248,000 bases of DNA, taken from NCBI RefSeq assembly GCF_000400465.1, contig NW_008806285.1, forward strand, positions 20,001-268,000, written 5' to 3'. Below the pieces are notes generated by a model. It ran no database searches. It saw only the letters and a list, made by a program, of their open reading frames with translations, and was not told the origin of the DNA. Positions within the stretch are counted from its first letter, which is position 1; every line of letters starts with the position of its first letter. The position numbers and the translations under genes are program-made. Positions 42,301 through 55,947 of this stretch are shown here, piece after piece. This stretch comes from Wallemia ichthyophaga EXF-994 (lineage: Eukaryota; Fungi; Basidiomycota).

Positions 42301-45300
42301 TGTAGAAGAAGCGGTCAGGAGACTCTTGTTTCATTACAGTAATATAATTATCCATCATTTCCCAATTGTTCAGCGACCAAGCAGCAGCAGCAGCCAGCGG
42401 CGCCATAGCGCGACGCTCTTCGTGTCCGGCATTAACCCACTTATTTTGCACGAAGTCTGACAGCTGCTCCCACTCTCCAAGTGCATGGAGACACTTCATT
42501 CGTCCGAGCGTCACTTCAGGCGAATCACCTTCGATCTCCGCCTTCTCAGCGTAGGCGACCAGAGCCTCGTGCCATCTGCCGAGTTTCTCGTACCATTCTT
42601 CGTGGTGCACTATATCTAATTGCTCCCTAGCATATTTGAGCGTACCCCACGCTGCATCCTGTTGCTGCAACTTGGTGTTAACATGCACTAAGCTCTCAAT
42701 AACAGTTGGCGTAGCCTCAGTGAGGAATTCCAATTCTTGGTAGTGGAGTGCCTTTGCGTATGCGTGAACATTCATTGCGTATTCACCTAGCAATGGAATG
42801 TCAATCGGGAGTGGCTTGTCGTCATGCTCCATAAATTCAGCCAAATTGAGCAAAGTGTGCACAACATCTGGTGGTGCTGATGGTGATGTCAGCGCTCTTT
42901 CCATTGCTTTTCCAAGTTCGTCTTGATACTGGTCGTATAGATCCGTCCAGCACGAAACAAATGCTGCATTAAACAGTTCTCTCAGTAAAGGTGGATGAGC
43001 TTCAGCTAATCCTCTGCAAGCGCGAAGAGCATGCGATGGAGATTCCTTCAAGAACTCAATACCCAATCGCCTCAACCAGTCAGTCCAGTCTTCTCTGTTT
43101 TGAATGAGCTCCACATTTTCAATACCGTATGCCTTTTTGAGATGCTGCTGGTTGGCAATCAGCTTGGTATTTTCAACAGGTGGCTGATCGTCTGTCTTCT
43201 CTGCCGCAAAGCTGTCAAAGATACTGTAATCCTGTGGAAGTCTTTCGCCGTTCAAAAGCATATTGACAAATTGATTATATGGACCATGTTGAATACGATG
43301 TTTGAGCAGCACTTTGGAGATCATCGGTACGAAAACTGCGAAATCAGGACCAAGCTGCAGGACCAAAGCTGCCAGAATATCCATGGCAGCATTGCGCAAT
43401 TCGGCAGGACCAGACGAAAGCACTCTAGCTAACGGGTGAATTATTCTTGAAGCATGATCACAAAAATTGACCTGTCTCGACAGCTGACCGATGGTGATAA
43501 TAGCAGCTTTCCTTAACTGCACAGTCGACTCTGGTCGCTCGATAGTCTTGACAATAGCAGGTACGACGAGGTGGAGATACTCTTCAACGTTCGATCCAAA
43601 GACTGAGAAAGCTCGAAGAATGCGAATAAGAGTTGGCTGGCGTTTATCTGCTAATTCAAAGTCAAATGTTTGTAACATAGGTGGAAGGAGTACTGGTAAA
43701 TGGACTCTGAATTCCCCTTCAAGTGCTTTTGCGAGGATTTCAATGAGCGAGATGATTGTTATTTGTAGGGTGGAGTTGGGATTCCAAAACTCTCTGATCA
43801 ATTCCAATATGTCAGTTAAGAAGTTTCTAATGTGGTGCTTGACAATGCTAACGAGAATAGCAAGTTGCTGGAAGTAAAATTCTTGCAGAGAAGGCGCACA
43901 CGATCTTATAACACCCATGAAGGCAGGAACGATCTGGATCGAGTCAGTATAAAAAACTTCCACCTTGAGCACATTTCAACCTACCTGAGGTAAATATGAA
44001 ACACACTTCAAGCCCTGTGTTTTAAATATGTTCATGATAGCCTCGATAACGGCGTGGTGGTGGTTACTAAGAGAGGGATCTTTGAGCATATTGACGAGAG
44101 CGTTAAACGCTACCGTTTGATAGAAATCGTCGCTGGTATTCTGATTAGATGGTGTTACAACATCAGCAGGATAGATGGTCACAGATTCGGTAGTGACGTC
44201 CGATACAGGCTTCTCAATGTCCTTGTGTTTGTATGGATCGAGGGCACCAAGCAAACCCATCACACGCACCGTTTCAGTGCGCGTTGAAGGTGTCTGGTCA
44301 GTCTGCAATATCTTCACCAACGCATCCAACAAGCCAGGGTATCTGAGGTAAGGCTCGATGACGTAACCAGTGTTAGAAACGACCTGACCAAGCGTCCTCA
44401 ATGCAGCGTCTCGTCTGAGTAATGATGACTGGTCATGAAGGGTTTCTATCAGAAGTGGCATGATAATGTCAACGTGGCTCATTAATTCCTCACCACCAAC
44501 TTGGGCCAATTCACCAATACAGCAGAGAACGTTTGAAGATACAGTGGAGCTGTTGTCTGAGGCTTTTGGAAGCAGCACTTTCATCATTGGGTTGGCGTAT
44601 GGCTTGATCAGTCTCTGAGAAGCACTGACGAGCAGGCCCAACAATCTTGCACTCTCCTCCTTATTACGGCGTACTGTGGAATACTCTAACTCCGTCAGCA
44701 GCTGGATGAGAGCCTTACGGAGCGAAGGCATGACGTAGGCTGGGTTGTGACAAGAGAGTCGACCGATAATCTTGATAGCAACCTCTCGAACAGCAAATAC
44801 TTCATCGTTCAACGCTATAAACAAAGACCTTACATTTTCAGCCTGAGCTAGGTGTCTGTCAAACTTTTCATCTAGCGATTGGAGAACGGATAGTCTAATG
44901 TCGTACTCAGGATCGGCAATAGCCAGAGTCATGAGTTTGTCCAGCATGTCGCCTATGATCTCTATAGCATGTGTTGAAGTCTGGTATGTGACAGGGTCAT
45001 GAATAAAGGTAATGGAGCAGGTGAGGGCAGCAGCCTTGCGTATCTCAGCATTATCATCGTCTACGAATGGTAAAGCAGTATCACGGACAAACTCGTTGAG
45101 AATGTGACCGCTAAAATCGAAAGAGCCCAAAGTCTGTAAAGCTAGTTGAATCACTTCGGGTTTCTTAGCTTCAGAAGCTTGTACTTTGGATAACTCTCTA
45201 GCGGCAGCTGTTTGCGAGCTGGAAGGGTTAGGAGCACCAAGAGCTCGGTAAGACTTGTCGCTCAATATCAACGAAAGCATATTGAGTAACCTATCTTGAA

Positions 45301-46638
45301 TGGTTTTGAGGAGGGGTGGTATGTATTTAGCTATATCCCTCAAAGCGTTGACAAGCGATTCTGATAACTCTGTGCTGAAGATCTCTCCCAACAACTCATG
45401 TACGTGTTTAGCCAAGGATGGACCAATTGCGGCTGCAAGTTTTCCCAAACATTGCAGAATGGCATCTTCAGGAATTATGTAACCCTTTTTCGAGCGGTGA
45501 CGGAGTTGCTCGTCGATGGTAAACATGGCACTGTCCATATAATCCTTCATGGCACTTCCTACAGCACTGGCTACATGGCCTACGGCGTTATATGCAACAG
45601 TTCTTTCCCTCTCCTTTCGGATTGCACTCATAAGATGACCCATACTCAACCTAAGCTTCGTCTGTGTAAAAGCTTGAGGATCATAAGTGGCGAGAGTTGG
45701 AATGAGAAGTATTACAGTCTTGCGTATGAGAAAATCCCTGTGATCTTTGTAACGCAATATCAAATCACAGACGTCACCGAAACGAGGTTTTAAGAACATG
45801 CCAGCATGCAGGAGTAAATCTCTGTACACCAGGAGAGAAGCGTGGATGGTATCAACAGTGTTTATCTTAAGGCCAGCTTCTGCCTTTGCGTAGATGGAGT
45901 ATTGCATATCATTTCTATTCTGTGCTTTACGACGCTCCAAAATAACCAAACAAGCGGATAAAGCGTCTGAAGCAGCTTCTCTGATGGTGACTTTAGGGTC
46001 ACGCAGAGCGATCCAAATGCGTTCAATAGCTCTAGTGACAAAGGTATTGAATAACGCAGGACTATTCTGTGCGAGCTCTTTGATGATTAAAACGGCAGCG
46101 TATCGACCGCCTTCAGATCTGTCACCGGTGAGTAGTTCAAGTGCACGTGGAGCCTCGAAATCGATGAACTGTTCACCCAAGTAAGCACCACCAACGCGGG
46201 CAATGTGGCCTAAGCACTGAGAAGCGGCAATCATGACGTTCATGTCGCTGCAGGGGAGAGCAGGTTTGAGGTAGTTGTAGAAACGATAAAGCCGCTGCTT
46301 TTCTACTTGAATATCCAACAGAATATCTGTGAGTTGTTAGTTGAAACCATTGAATTTCGCGCGACTTGCCAATTGCGACGATTCCACCGAGCTTTTCATG
46401 GGGATAGTTGCTGTTGATTAATTCGAACAACCTGCGCATGACTTCAGATTGGAGCTTTGTGACGCTCTCAGCGCTGAGCTCAGCATTACAGCCAATGAAC
46501 TGAGAGATATGTGAGGGAGTGGAGAAGTGGAGATATGGGACGCACGAACTGCTGTAATTCGTGTGCAGCTTCGTTGCGTAGCTTTGGATCTCTGCTGCGT
46601 AAGCCCGCAAAGATACGCGCTAAGGCGTCTGTGTACAT
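39358..46638 (-). CDS. TOR: TOR kinase (HEAT-FAT-FRB-PIKK-FATC)
   Basis: [35 protein letters not shown], ends GWCAFW. Confidence 0.97.
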
Positions 46639-46712
46639 GATATTATTTTATGGATGATGGTTGTAATGAAGATGGCGAGATGGTAGCGCAAGATGGCTTG
46701 CAATTGCACCAC

Positions 46713-47405
46713 GATGATAAGAAATGGATTAGATTTGTTGGCGAGGAGAAGTCCAATACATAAACCAATATTCAAAACATTATTTGGATTGGATATCAAA
46801 TTGGGTTCGTTCTACTGTGCTTGTCTTATTCGGCGCACTGACTTTAGCATCCAGGCTGTACGATAATAACAGCATTTGCGCTATTTAACAAGGTCGCTGG
46901 TGTTTATGGGGTTAATGTTATATTCACTGGTGGTACATTTGCGCAGTGCACCATGTACCTCTATAGCGTTGGTACACTCGCTGGCTTTGTTTGGGGATTG
47001 AAGCAGATTACAGAGGAGAATCCAACCAACTCGCTATTATATGCGAACATGTTCGCAATTGATCATATTATTTCATCAATCTACTCAGCTGTTTTCTTCA
47101 AGCATTGGTACTTTGACGAGCCTCACGATGGACGGCGGGCGGATGTAGGCGACCTCACGAAAGGCTGGGGTGGCGTCGCACATCAGGATCTTACAGAGAT
47201 GGATAGAATAACAGCCGCCAAGGAGATATGGGGACGCGAGAAGGTGTTTGCAGGATTAGTCCTTCTCAGCGGCTTTGTTGCGAAGGTCTACTTCATATTG
47301 ATAATATACTCTTTCTCTTTATCACTTATACAGGGCACTTACGTTAGCAATAACCAAAGCAATAGAGCAAACTACAGGAGTAATAATAGCAATCAAGATG
47401 AATAG
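46713..47405 (+). CDS. KEI1: IPC synthase regulatory subunit Kei1-like
   Basis: FGLDIKLG, HWYFDEPHDGRR, TM segments. Confidence 0.75.
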
Positions 47406-47470
47406 ATTAATGTTTTACATGTTGTTGTGTGCCTTGTGTGCTGTCGATTAAAAACCATCTTGAAATTGCT

Positions 47471-47806
47471 TTATTTTGTAGGCGTAGTACGCACCGCTGG
47501 TGAGACCTAAAGCGGTAAGCATCTTAGGTAAAGCGCTTGCTCTGACTCTGCCAATCGAAGAGGCAGTCAGCAAAGCAGAAGCAGCTAAAGCAGATTCGAA
47601 GCCATAGTCCATGTTTTGTTGAATCAAGTAGCCGCTACTAGCTGTGATTGATTAGAGCAGCAGATAGTACCGACAGCTAACCCACCAAATGCAGCCGAAG
47701 TTAAAAGACCACCGAAAAGACTTGCCTTTGAGCCTTTCTTAATGAAGCCCATAGCTCCACCTAAGCCAGTTAAGCCAGCAAGAGAGAAGGCGAGGTGATG
47801 ACTCAT
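47471..47806 (-). CDS. TMEM14 family small membrane protein
   Basis: GLGGAMGFIKKGSKASLFGG. Confidence 0.85.
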
Positions 47807-47934
47807 GGGTGATGTAGAGAGGGTGTAAACAAAACGTGTCAAACGCGTAAAAGGTGTAAAATATAAATAAGAATCAATTATTTTGGTGTGTTTAATTGAG
47901 GGGTTTTGTCTTGCAATGATTCTGTGTGTGTTTG

Positions 47935-48565
47935 TTAGAGTTTGGAGTGTTTCAACGATGAAAACGAACCAGAATTTGATTTGAATTGCATTTCTAACGT
48001 GGAAGGCGATTGGTTGAGAGATTTATATATTGAATCTCTAGTTTGGTGTGTTAATGATGTTTAATACGTTTCAAACATCCCCACCTAACGCTATTAACCA
48101 AATCAGGATCTTCCCTTCTAATCCAAACACTTATAATATCCTCTGCTGCCCTTATAGAAACCACAGCTCCGCAGAGATCATTGATATCGTCAACCATATT
48201 ACAACCAATGATACTAAGTAACAAATCTTCCCAGAGCTGATCAACAATACCTTTCCTAAGCCTAAGAATCCATTTACCGCCTTTTATGTTTTCGGGATCT
48301 TCCCAGACAGGTCTTACGCCTGAACGGAATAGCTGGTAATCGGTGACGACGGGGAGAGTGGAAGGTGGTTTAAGATAAGCGTAGGTGTTCCAGAATGCTG
48401 GTAACTGTGACTGGTGTTAGAATTGCGCATTCTCCCACCAAGCACACTACTAACACTATCAAATCCAGCAATTTTAATTAAATCTTTCTGGTAATCAATT
48501 ATCTTTGAAGAAGGTGGCCTATGTATCCCCCAAACTGTCCACGATGTACTCAATTTTAATGTCAT
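47935..48565 (-). CDS. Class II eIF4E (4EHP-like cap-binding protein)
   Basis: Manually spliced: LSTSWTVW.HRPPSSKIIDYQK...FWNTY...YQLFRSGVRPVWEDPENIKGGKW...LWEDLLLSIIG...CGAVVSIR. Confidence 0.85.
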
Positions 48566-48609
48566 TTCTGTATGCTGATTGGTAGTGCGTGTTCAACCAG
48601 GATCACCAA

Positions 48610-51474
48610 ATGCATCTAATCACTCTGGCTACGTGAGAATCTACTCCTTTTACTATCATTTCTAATCCATCCTCTAGCTGGTAAATTCGGCTTCATTTTC
48701 GTATAAATATTCTCACCAATCTCACTCAGCTCACTTAACCAATGGGCTTTGGATTTTCAGGGAAATTACGAAAGAATCCTTGAGAGCATCAAAGTCGCTA
48801 AATCTCGCGGTGCTTCTCTACGCGTTGGCCCTGAGCTTGAGATTACGTGGGTCTACTACGCGTTTGATTTCGTTATCCACTTGCTTATCTTTCTTCTTCT
48901 ACTTTTTCCTCTTACAGCGGCTATGGCTGCTTGGATCATTACTTGGAGGGTGACACTATCCTTCACTCATGGGAAATTCTCGCCAAATTACTCCAAGATG
49001 ACCACACACATGGCATCATTTGCGATATTGGCATGCCTCTTAGACATAAGAACGTCACTTACAATGCCAGAGTTATTATCAATGATGGCAAGATTCTTCT
49101 TATTCGTCCAAAGATGTGGATGGCCAATGACGGCAATTACCGCGAACTGAGACACTTTTCTCCGTGGTTGAAACACCGCCAAACGGAGGACTTCTTCTTA
49201 CCGCGCATCATACAATCAACTACCCAGCAGACTACTGTTCCAATTGGTGACATTGTCTTGTCAACGCTCGATACCTGCGTCGGGGTTGAGTTGTGCGAGG
49301 AGCTCTTCACTCCAGCAGCTCCACACGTCAATATGGGTTTGGATGGTGTCGAGATATTCACCAACTCCTCCGGAAGCCACCATGAGCTCCGTAAGCTAAA
49401 TAGACGTATGGAGCCGATCAAGGAGGCTACACTGAAGGTGAGCAGGGGGTGTATCTTGTACCACACCTACAGCTAAATTAACGCATCGCTTAGCTTGGTG
49501 GTATTTACCTGTATGCTAACCAACGCGGCTGCGACGGTGACAGGTTGTACTACGATGGTTGTGCCATGATAGTGTTGAACGGCGAGGTAGTTGCTCAGGG
49601 TCCTCAATTCGCTCTTACAGACGTAGATGTCGTCACGGCCACTGTGGATATGGAAGACGTGCGCTCGCGCCGCACCTCCATCAGCCGCAATCTGCAAGCA
49701 GCACAGAGTGGGGCACTTCCACGCGTACACGTCCCTAAGGCTCTATCCTACGGTGTAGGCGAGAATTTTCTTGCTGCTCAACCTTCCCAGCCCGCTCCTC
49801 TCACTATACACCGCCCCGAAGAAGAAATAGCGTGAGTGGGGATGCTAGCCGAGCCCATGCAAATACACACGCAGACAACTGACGTTCCTCATTTGTTAGT
49901 CTCGGTCCCGCCTGCTGGCTGTGGGATTATCTGCGCAGGTCGCGCACGCAGGGCTACTTCCTCGCACTGAGCGGAGGCATTGACTCGTGCGCTTCGGCTA
50001 CCATCGTTAGCTCAATGTGTCGCCTGGTTGTTAAGGCCTGTCAGAACGACGGTGAGTTTGTGCTTGGGCTTCTGCGCGTGGCTTGCTTGGCTGCGAGCTG
50101 AGAAGCTGAGACACACCCCAGAACAGCACGTACTCGCTGACGTCAGACGCATCACTGGCGAACCCGATCACTCGACGTATGTCCCCGCAGACCATCGCGA
50201 GCTATGCAACAGAATCTTCTATACTTCCTACATGGGCACGGAGAATAGCAGCGACGAGACACGCCAACGCGCCAAGGATCTCGCCCACGATATCGGCAGG
50301 TGGGTACTTTGCTTAGCTATTTGATTCAATGGCGCTGTCTCATCCAAATTACTAACTCCCCTCATAGCTACCACGTCGACATCAACATGGACGCTGTGAT
50401 TGGTGCTATACGAGACCTCTTTGGGTTAGCTACGGGACACAAACCGAAATTCAGAGCACACGGCGGCAGCTATGCGGAGAACATAGCTCTGCAGAATATA
50501 CAGGCACGTCTGCGTATGCTGCTCTCATATCTCTTCGCACAGCTGTTGCCTTGGGTGCGCGGCCGCGTCGGCGGACTGCTCGTCCTCGCCAGCAGCAATG
50601 TGGATGAATGGTGGGTGGTTGCTGTGCTTAGCGCTCTGTGCGCCAAACTAAATGTACTTCAGTCTGCGCGGTTACCTCACCAAATACGACTGCTCGAGCG
50701 CGGACCTCAACCCTATTGGCAGCATCAGCAAGACTGACTTGAAGCGCTTCATCGCTTGGGCGCAGTACGAATTCGACCTTCCGATACTTGAAGGGTGAGT
50801 TGGAGTTTAGCTGGCGTTTTAGCGTGTCGTGCTGAGTAGACCACCACCTCTAGATTCTTGCACGCCACTCCAACAGCAGAACTCGAGCCTATTACCCATA
50901 ACTACGTGCAATCGGACGAGGTAGGTGTTGCGCGGGTGTTGCACACACACTAACAACATACTAAGGCCGACATGGGAATGACGTGTGCGTGCGAGTGTAC
51001 AGCCGAGAGCCGTCCCTGCTAACACTCTTCGCTCAGACGACCAGCTCTCCGCGTTCGGTAGACTGCGCAAGGTAGAGAAATGTGGTCCATTTAGCATGTT
51101 CACCAAGCTGCTGTCTGAGTGGAAAGATGTCATGGCGCCAGCCGAGGTGGGTGCTTGCTTGCTATTGTGTGAGTTCAGTGCGCTAATTGGACACGCAAAG
51201 ATCGCCGAGAAGGTGAAGAAGTTCTGGTTCGAGTATTCGCGCAACAGACACAAGATGACGACATTGACGCCGTCGTACCATGCTGTGAGTTGGTGTGGTT
51301 CGACGGCTTCCCAACTGACTCCATTTCTAGGAAAGCTACTCACCAGATGACAACCGCTTCGACTTGCGCCCTTTCCTCTACAACGCTAGATTTCCCTACC
51401 AGTTCGAGAGGATTGACGACACAGTGAAGCGCGTTGAGCAGCTTCAAAAAGAGGTAGAGACACAGCAAAAGTAA
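48610..51474 (+). CDS. QNS1: Glutamine-dependent NAD+ synthetase
   Basis: [33 protein letters not shown]; many introns. Confidence 0.92.
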
Positions 51475-51556
51475 ATTGTGATATTTTGTATGTATGGTTG
51501 ACAATGTAGAAATAAATTAACGATAGTGATACTTTGGATCAAGTCAAAAGAACCAA

Positions 51557-52447
51557 TCAACGCCTAGTTGAAGTGCGACCTTTTCTACCCACACCTGCAC
51601 GCGGACTGGAGTAGTAAGCGTAATGTGAGGCAAAGTTGGGAGATGTGAAAGCATCTTGTGGGATAGCCGGCAATTCGTTATCTTTTACTATCGGATATGG
51701 ACTGCTCTGTTTAGGAGAGCGCTTGTCCTTGATAGGTAAGTGATTAGTCCACGGTTTAACTGGTGGTGCAATAGGAGAGCTACCCGGTGTCCATTGACGC
51801 ATTGTTGGTGCTTGTCTCTGCGACTCCTTCTGCATGGCCTGGAGTTGTCTCAAATTTGTTATCTTGGTGGGAGCGGTAGTATATTTGTCGAGGACGGCTG
51901 GATGGATTGGTTGGATATCTTTCATGTCCTTGGTGTGCTTATTTTCCATCGCTTTAATATCGTCGAAAGAACTACCGGACGACAGCGAGGTCTTTGACGA
52001 GCTACCGACTGTTTCGTCCTCCACTTCCATCGCTTCGCTCTTGGCCTTTTGCCTGCGTCTGTAGCACTTGATGAGCGAGACAAAGGCGATGAGCAGCACG
52101 GCGAAAACGAATACTGAGATTGTTATTGGCAGCACTTTCATGCCGTCTATGGCCAATTTTTTGTCTTTGTTTGCATCGAAATCTCTGACACGAATGGATG
52201 GGGGCATCACATCGTCATCCTCATTGCTACTGCTGCCACTGGCGATTGTCTCATTCAAAACTCCGCGAGGAACCATGTTAACCCCGGCAATAGGCAGAGA
52301 CGGATTCTCCCAGTGTCTAAACATCGACTCTTGTTTTGGTAGTTGAAACTGCATCTGCATCTGCTCGAACCAGCCGAGATCAGCGAGATGGGGTGTAGGC
52401 TGTTGTTGCGCGTGTGGCTTTGTGTAGTCCAAATATATAGCTGGCAT
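51557..52447 (-). CDS. Hypothetical single-pass membrane protein
   Basis: Long ORF with TM VLPITISVFVFAVLLIAFVSLI then RRRQK. Confidence 0.6.
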   Translation of the reverse strand: MPAIYLDYTKPHAQQQPTPHLADLGWFEQMQMQFQLPKQESMFRHWENPSLPIAGVNMVPRGVLNETIASGSSSNEDDDVMPPSIRVRDFDANKDKKLAIDGMKVLPITISVFVFAVLLIAFVSLIKCYRRRQKAKSEAMEVEDETVGSSSKTSLSSGSSFDDIKAMENKHTKDMKDIQPIHPAVLDKYTTAPTKITNLRQLQAMQKESQRQAPTMRQWTPGSSPIAPPVKPWTNHLPIKDKRSPKQSSPYPIVKDNELPAIPQDAFTSPNFASHYAYYSSPRAGVGRKGRTSTRR

Positions 52448-52762
52448 TATGTAGCGTGTGTAGTGTGTAATGCGTAGTGTGCTTATTTGCGTCGCAACCA
52501 GGCGAATAAGGTGAAACAAGAGGATGATTAGTGAGTAAACTTGTGGGCAGAAGGACTGAGAAACCAGCTCTCAGGGTGTATAGTGTTGGTTGAGAGTTTT
52601 GTGTAGGTCCTCACTGAACTTGGTCAACCGCTCTGATTCGCCCGGTTAGGAAAGTTAGCCTAAAATTTTAGCTCGAATGACCGGAAAAGGAAGGTGAGCG
52701 CGTAGAGGGCTAATTAAAAAGAGGAAGAATGAAAGAGGTAAGGAATTTACGCGTACGTCTTA

Positions 52763-53443
52763 TCAATCGACGTCATCCATGTTATCGATATCGACATCGT
52801 TCTCCTTGTACACGGCTAAAGTGTTGTTTAGCCCAACATTCCTAGCATGCTTCAGGACGTTAATCATAGCCCTATCGATATCATTTGAGTGGACATCGCC
52901 ATTCTCGAGGACGATGGATGGATAGAAGACGTAAGTCCAATCTGTGTGGGAGCGAGCGAGTGAGTAAGTAGCTGGAATAACCGAAGAACCCCACGTACCT
53001 CTGAGAATAAGATCGTCTGCTCCACCGCGAGCAGTAACCATAGACTGCTGTACAACGGAAGTGATACAATTACGAATCCGCTTGCGCAGTCTATTCCTCA
53101 CTACAGCCTTCTTTGAAGTGAAAGCTATGGGCGTGATTACGACCAGAGGCAACTCCGCCACATTCATCCGCTTCAAGCCGTATCCATCCTGCCGACCAAT
53201 AGCATCGAGGTACAACCAAAACCTCAGACCAAAGTCGTTGTGTGCGAATGGCAGAGAACTCAGTTTAGTTTGTATGAGTGCGTGTGTTTTGGACGGCGGG
53301 AGAATCTTCAACGTGAAGTACGCGTGCGGGAAGGTGAACAAACCGCGATCACCCAATGTACCAAGATTGACGCCGTAGCCAAAAGAAAGAATTTTCACAG
53401 ATTTATTTGTCTTTTTACTGAGCAATATCTGGCTGCGCTGCAT
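52763..53443 (-). CDS. RnpA-like (bacterial RNase P protein RNR motif) protein, possibly mitochondrial
   Basis: FTSKKAVVRNRLRKRIR; in-frame 57-nt intron 52942-52998; basic N-terminus. Confidence 0.55.
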   Translation of the reverse strand: MQRSQILLSKKTNKSVKILSFGYGVNLGTLGDRGLFTFPHAYFTLKILPPSKTHALIQTKLSSLPFAHNDFGLRFWLYLDAIGRQDGYGLKRMNVAELPLVVITPIAFTSKKAVVRNRLRKRIRNCITSVVQQSMVTARGGADDLILRGTWGSSVIPATYSLARSHTDWTYVFYPSIVLENGDVHSNDIDRAMINVLKHARNVGLNNTLAVYKENDVDIDNMDDVD

Positions 53444-53466
53444 TCAAGAAGATCGAAGACCAAAAA

Positions 53467-55947
53467 ATGTCATTTGAATTGATAATTCCAACAGCAACGA
53501 AGGATGTTCCATATGGTGCTATCGGTATAGCCCATTATCTATCCACAAACGCTGATCCTGCGTGCTCCCCATTCGAGTACTCCCATGTAGATGTACACAC
53601 GGATTTCAGCGACGACGCCAAAGCGGCTACCTTCAAATCCGCAGATGGCGCCCAAGTCACTGATCTCCACACTATTCTTTCAGTCTTGGCCCACGCTGGT
53701 AACATCTCAGGCCAGTCGGAGGACAAGGGCTTAGTCGAGGCTTATGTCAGCGACGCAGCGGCTATGTCCAAGCAATCATTCCCTCAGCTGACGCAATCAC
53801 TCAACAAGCTCGATGATATTCTCTTTCTCCATGCGTTCCTCGTTGGATACGCACCAACTGTTGCTGATTTTGCTATTTGGAGTTCAATCAAGTGTGAGTG
53901 CGGTTAGGTAGTCGTGGCACGTCGCTAAATGTGCTTCTAAGCCTCATCACTCGCTCTCGGCATTCTCAAGAAGAATCAGCACCAAAATGTTGTCAGATTC
54001 CTTTCCTTCTTCGACACTCTCGCTCAGCCAGCGTTGCAAGCCCACGCAGCAGCCAAGTCTAAGAAGGCGTCTACCAAGACGGCCTCTGGTGGTTTCAGTA
54101 TGGGTTTGAAGAACGCAGAGCAAGGCAAGGTTGTCACTCGTTTCCCACCAGAACCCTCTGGATACTTGCACATTGGTCACGTAAAGGCAGCTATGCTCAA
54201 CGACTACTTTGCCAAGATGTACAATGGCACGCTGCGCATCAGACTCGATGACACCAACCCTGTCAAAGAGGACACAGAGTACCAAGACGTGATTTTAGAA
54301 GATCTCAAAATGATGGGTATCACATCTAAGCTGGTTACCTTCACTTCCGACTACTTTCAACTCCTCTACGACAAGGCTATCGAGCTTATCAAACTCGGTA
54401 AGGCATACGCAGACGACACACCTGCAGAGGAGCTCAAAGCACAGAGATTCAACCGCCAGCCTTCAAAGCACCGCGATATGCCAGTCGATGAGGTACTCAA
54501 GCATTTTGAGGAGATGAGCAAGGGTACAGAAGAAGGCAACCGCTGGGTCCTTCGCGCTAAGATCAACTATGCAAGCGATATAGGCACGATGCGTGATCCT
54601 AACATCTACAGAGTGGTGCCACACGCTGACCACCACCGCACGGGTAAGCAGTGGAAGGTATACCCACTCTACGACTTCTGCATGCCGATAATAGATTCCG
54701 TGGAGGGTGTGACCCATGCACTTCGTTCGAACGAATACCACGAGCGTAATCCACTGTACAACTGGATCGTCGATACGCTCTCCATGCGCAGAGCTGAAAT
54801 TTGGGACTTTGGAAGAATGAACTTCACCTACACTCTACTTTCTAAGCGCAAACTGGGTAAACTCGTTGAAGCTGGTAGTGTGAAAGGTTGGGATGACCCT
54901 CGCTTCGCTACTGTTAGGGGTATTTTGCGCAGAGGTATGACTGTCGATACACTGCGCGAATTCATCCTTCTACAGGGTCCATCACAGAGCGTCGTCAACC
55001 TCCAATGGGACCAGATCTGGTCTATGAATAAGCAGCGTATTGATCCCGTCATTCCACGTTTCACAGCTTGCGAGAAAAAGCATCTCGTAAAGGCTGTTGT
55101 GAATGGCGCCCCATCGTCTATCGAATACAAGGAGCTTCCTCGCCATGCTAAGAACAATGATCTCGGTACGAAGAAGGTTGCTTTCTCTAACGAGGTTTAC
55201 ATGGACCAGGAAGACGCACAGTCGTTCGCCGATGGCGAAGAAATCACCATGATGGCCTGGGGTAACGCTTTCGTTAAGGCGAAGGAGGTAAATAGTGAGG
55301 GAATGGTCACTGGACTCACCCTCGATCTGCACTTGGAGGGTGACTTTAAGAAGACTAAGAAGAAGGTGACGTGGTTGTCCGCTAAGAATGATTTCGTTGG
55401 CGTTAAGCTGATGGACTACGATTATCTCATCAACAAACCTCGTTTGGAGGAAAGCGACAACTTAGACGATTTCCTCACTCCTGTCACAGAATTCGTCACG
55501 GATGCTGTCACCGATTCTAACATCAAGTCACTCAACAAAGGCGATCGCTTCCAGTTCGAGAGAAAGGGTTACTTTATTGTGGATGCTGTCAAGGAAGATG
55601 GCACATACGAACTGATAAAAATCCCAGACGGCAGGGTGGCATCGACTATTAGCAAGGGTGATGAGAAGGCGCAAGCTAAGCAGGCTGCGCAGCCCAAGAG
55701 AGATAAGAGGGAGAAGAAGGAGAAGGGTAAAGAGGGTAACGCTGGCAAGGCAGGTAAGGCGCCTTCTGTCACCGACATTGCACCTTCACAGGCAATTGAG
55801 TACCTCAGTCTGAGCGACAAGAATGATGGCTTTGAGATACCTGTCAAGAGCAAGATGTACAATGTCGGTAGTGTTTTTGGAGATGAAAAGGTGGACACCA
55901 ATGTCAAGACGGACATGTACAAGGTGGATCCAATTTACAAGCACTAG
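53467..55947 (+). CDS. GUS1: Cytosolic glutamyl-tRNA synthetase
   Basis: RFPPEPSGYLHIGH, LLSKRKL, GST-like N-terminal exon. Confidence 0.95.
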
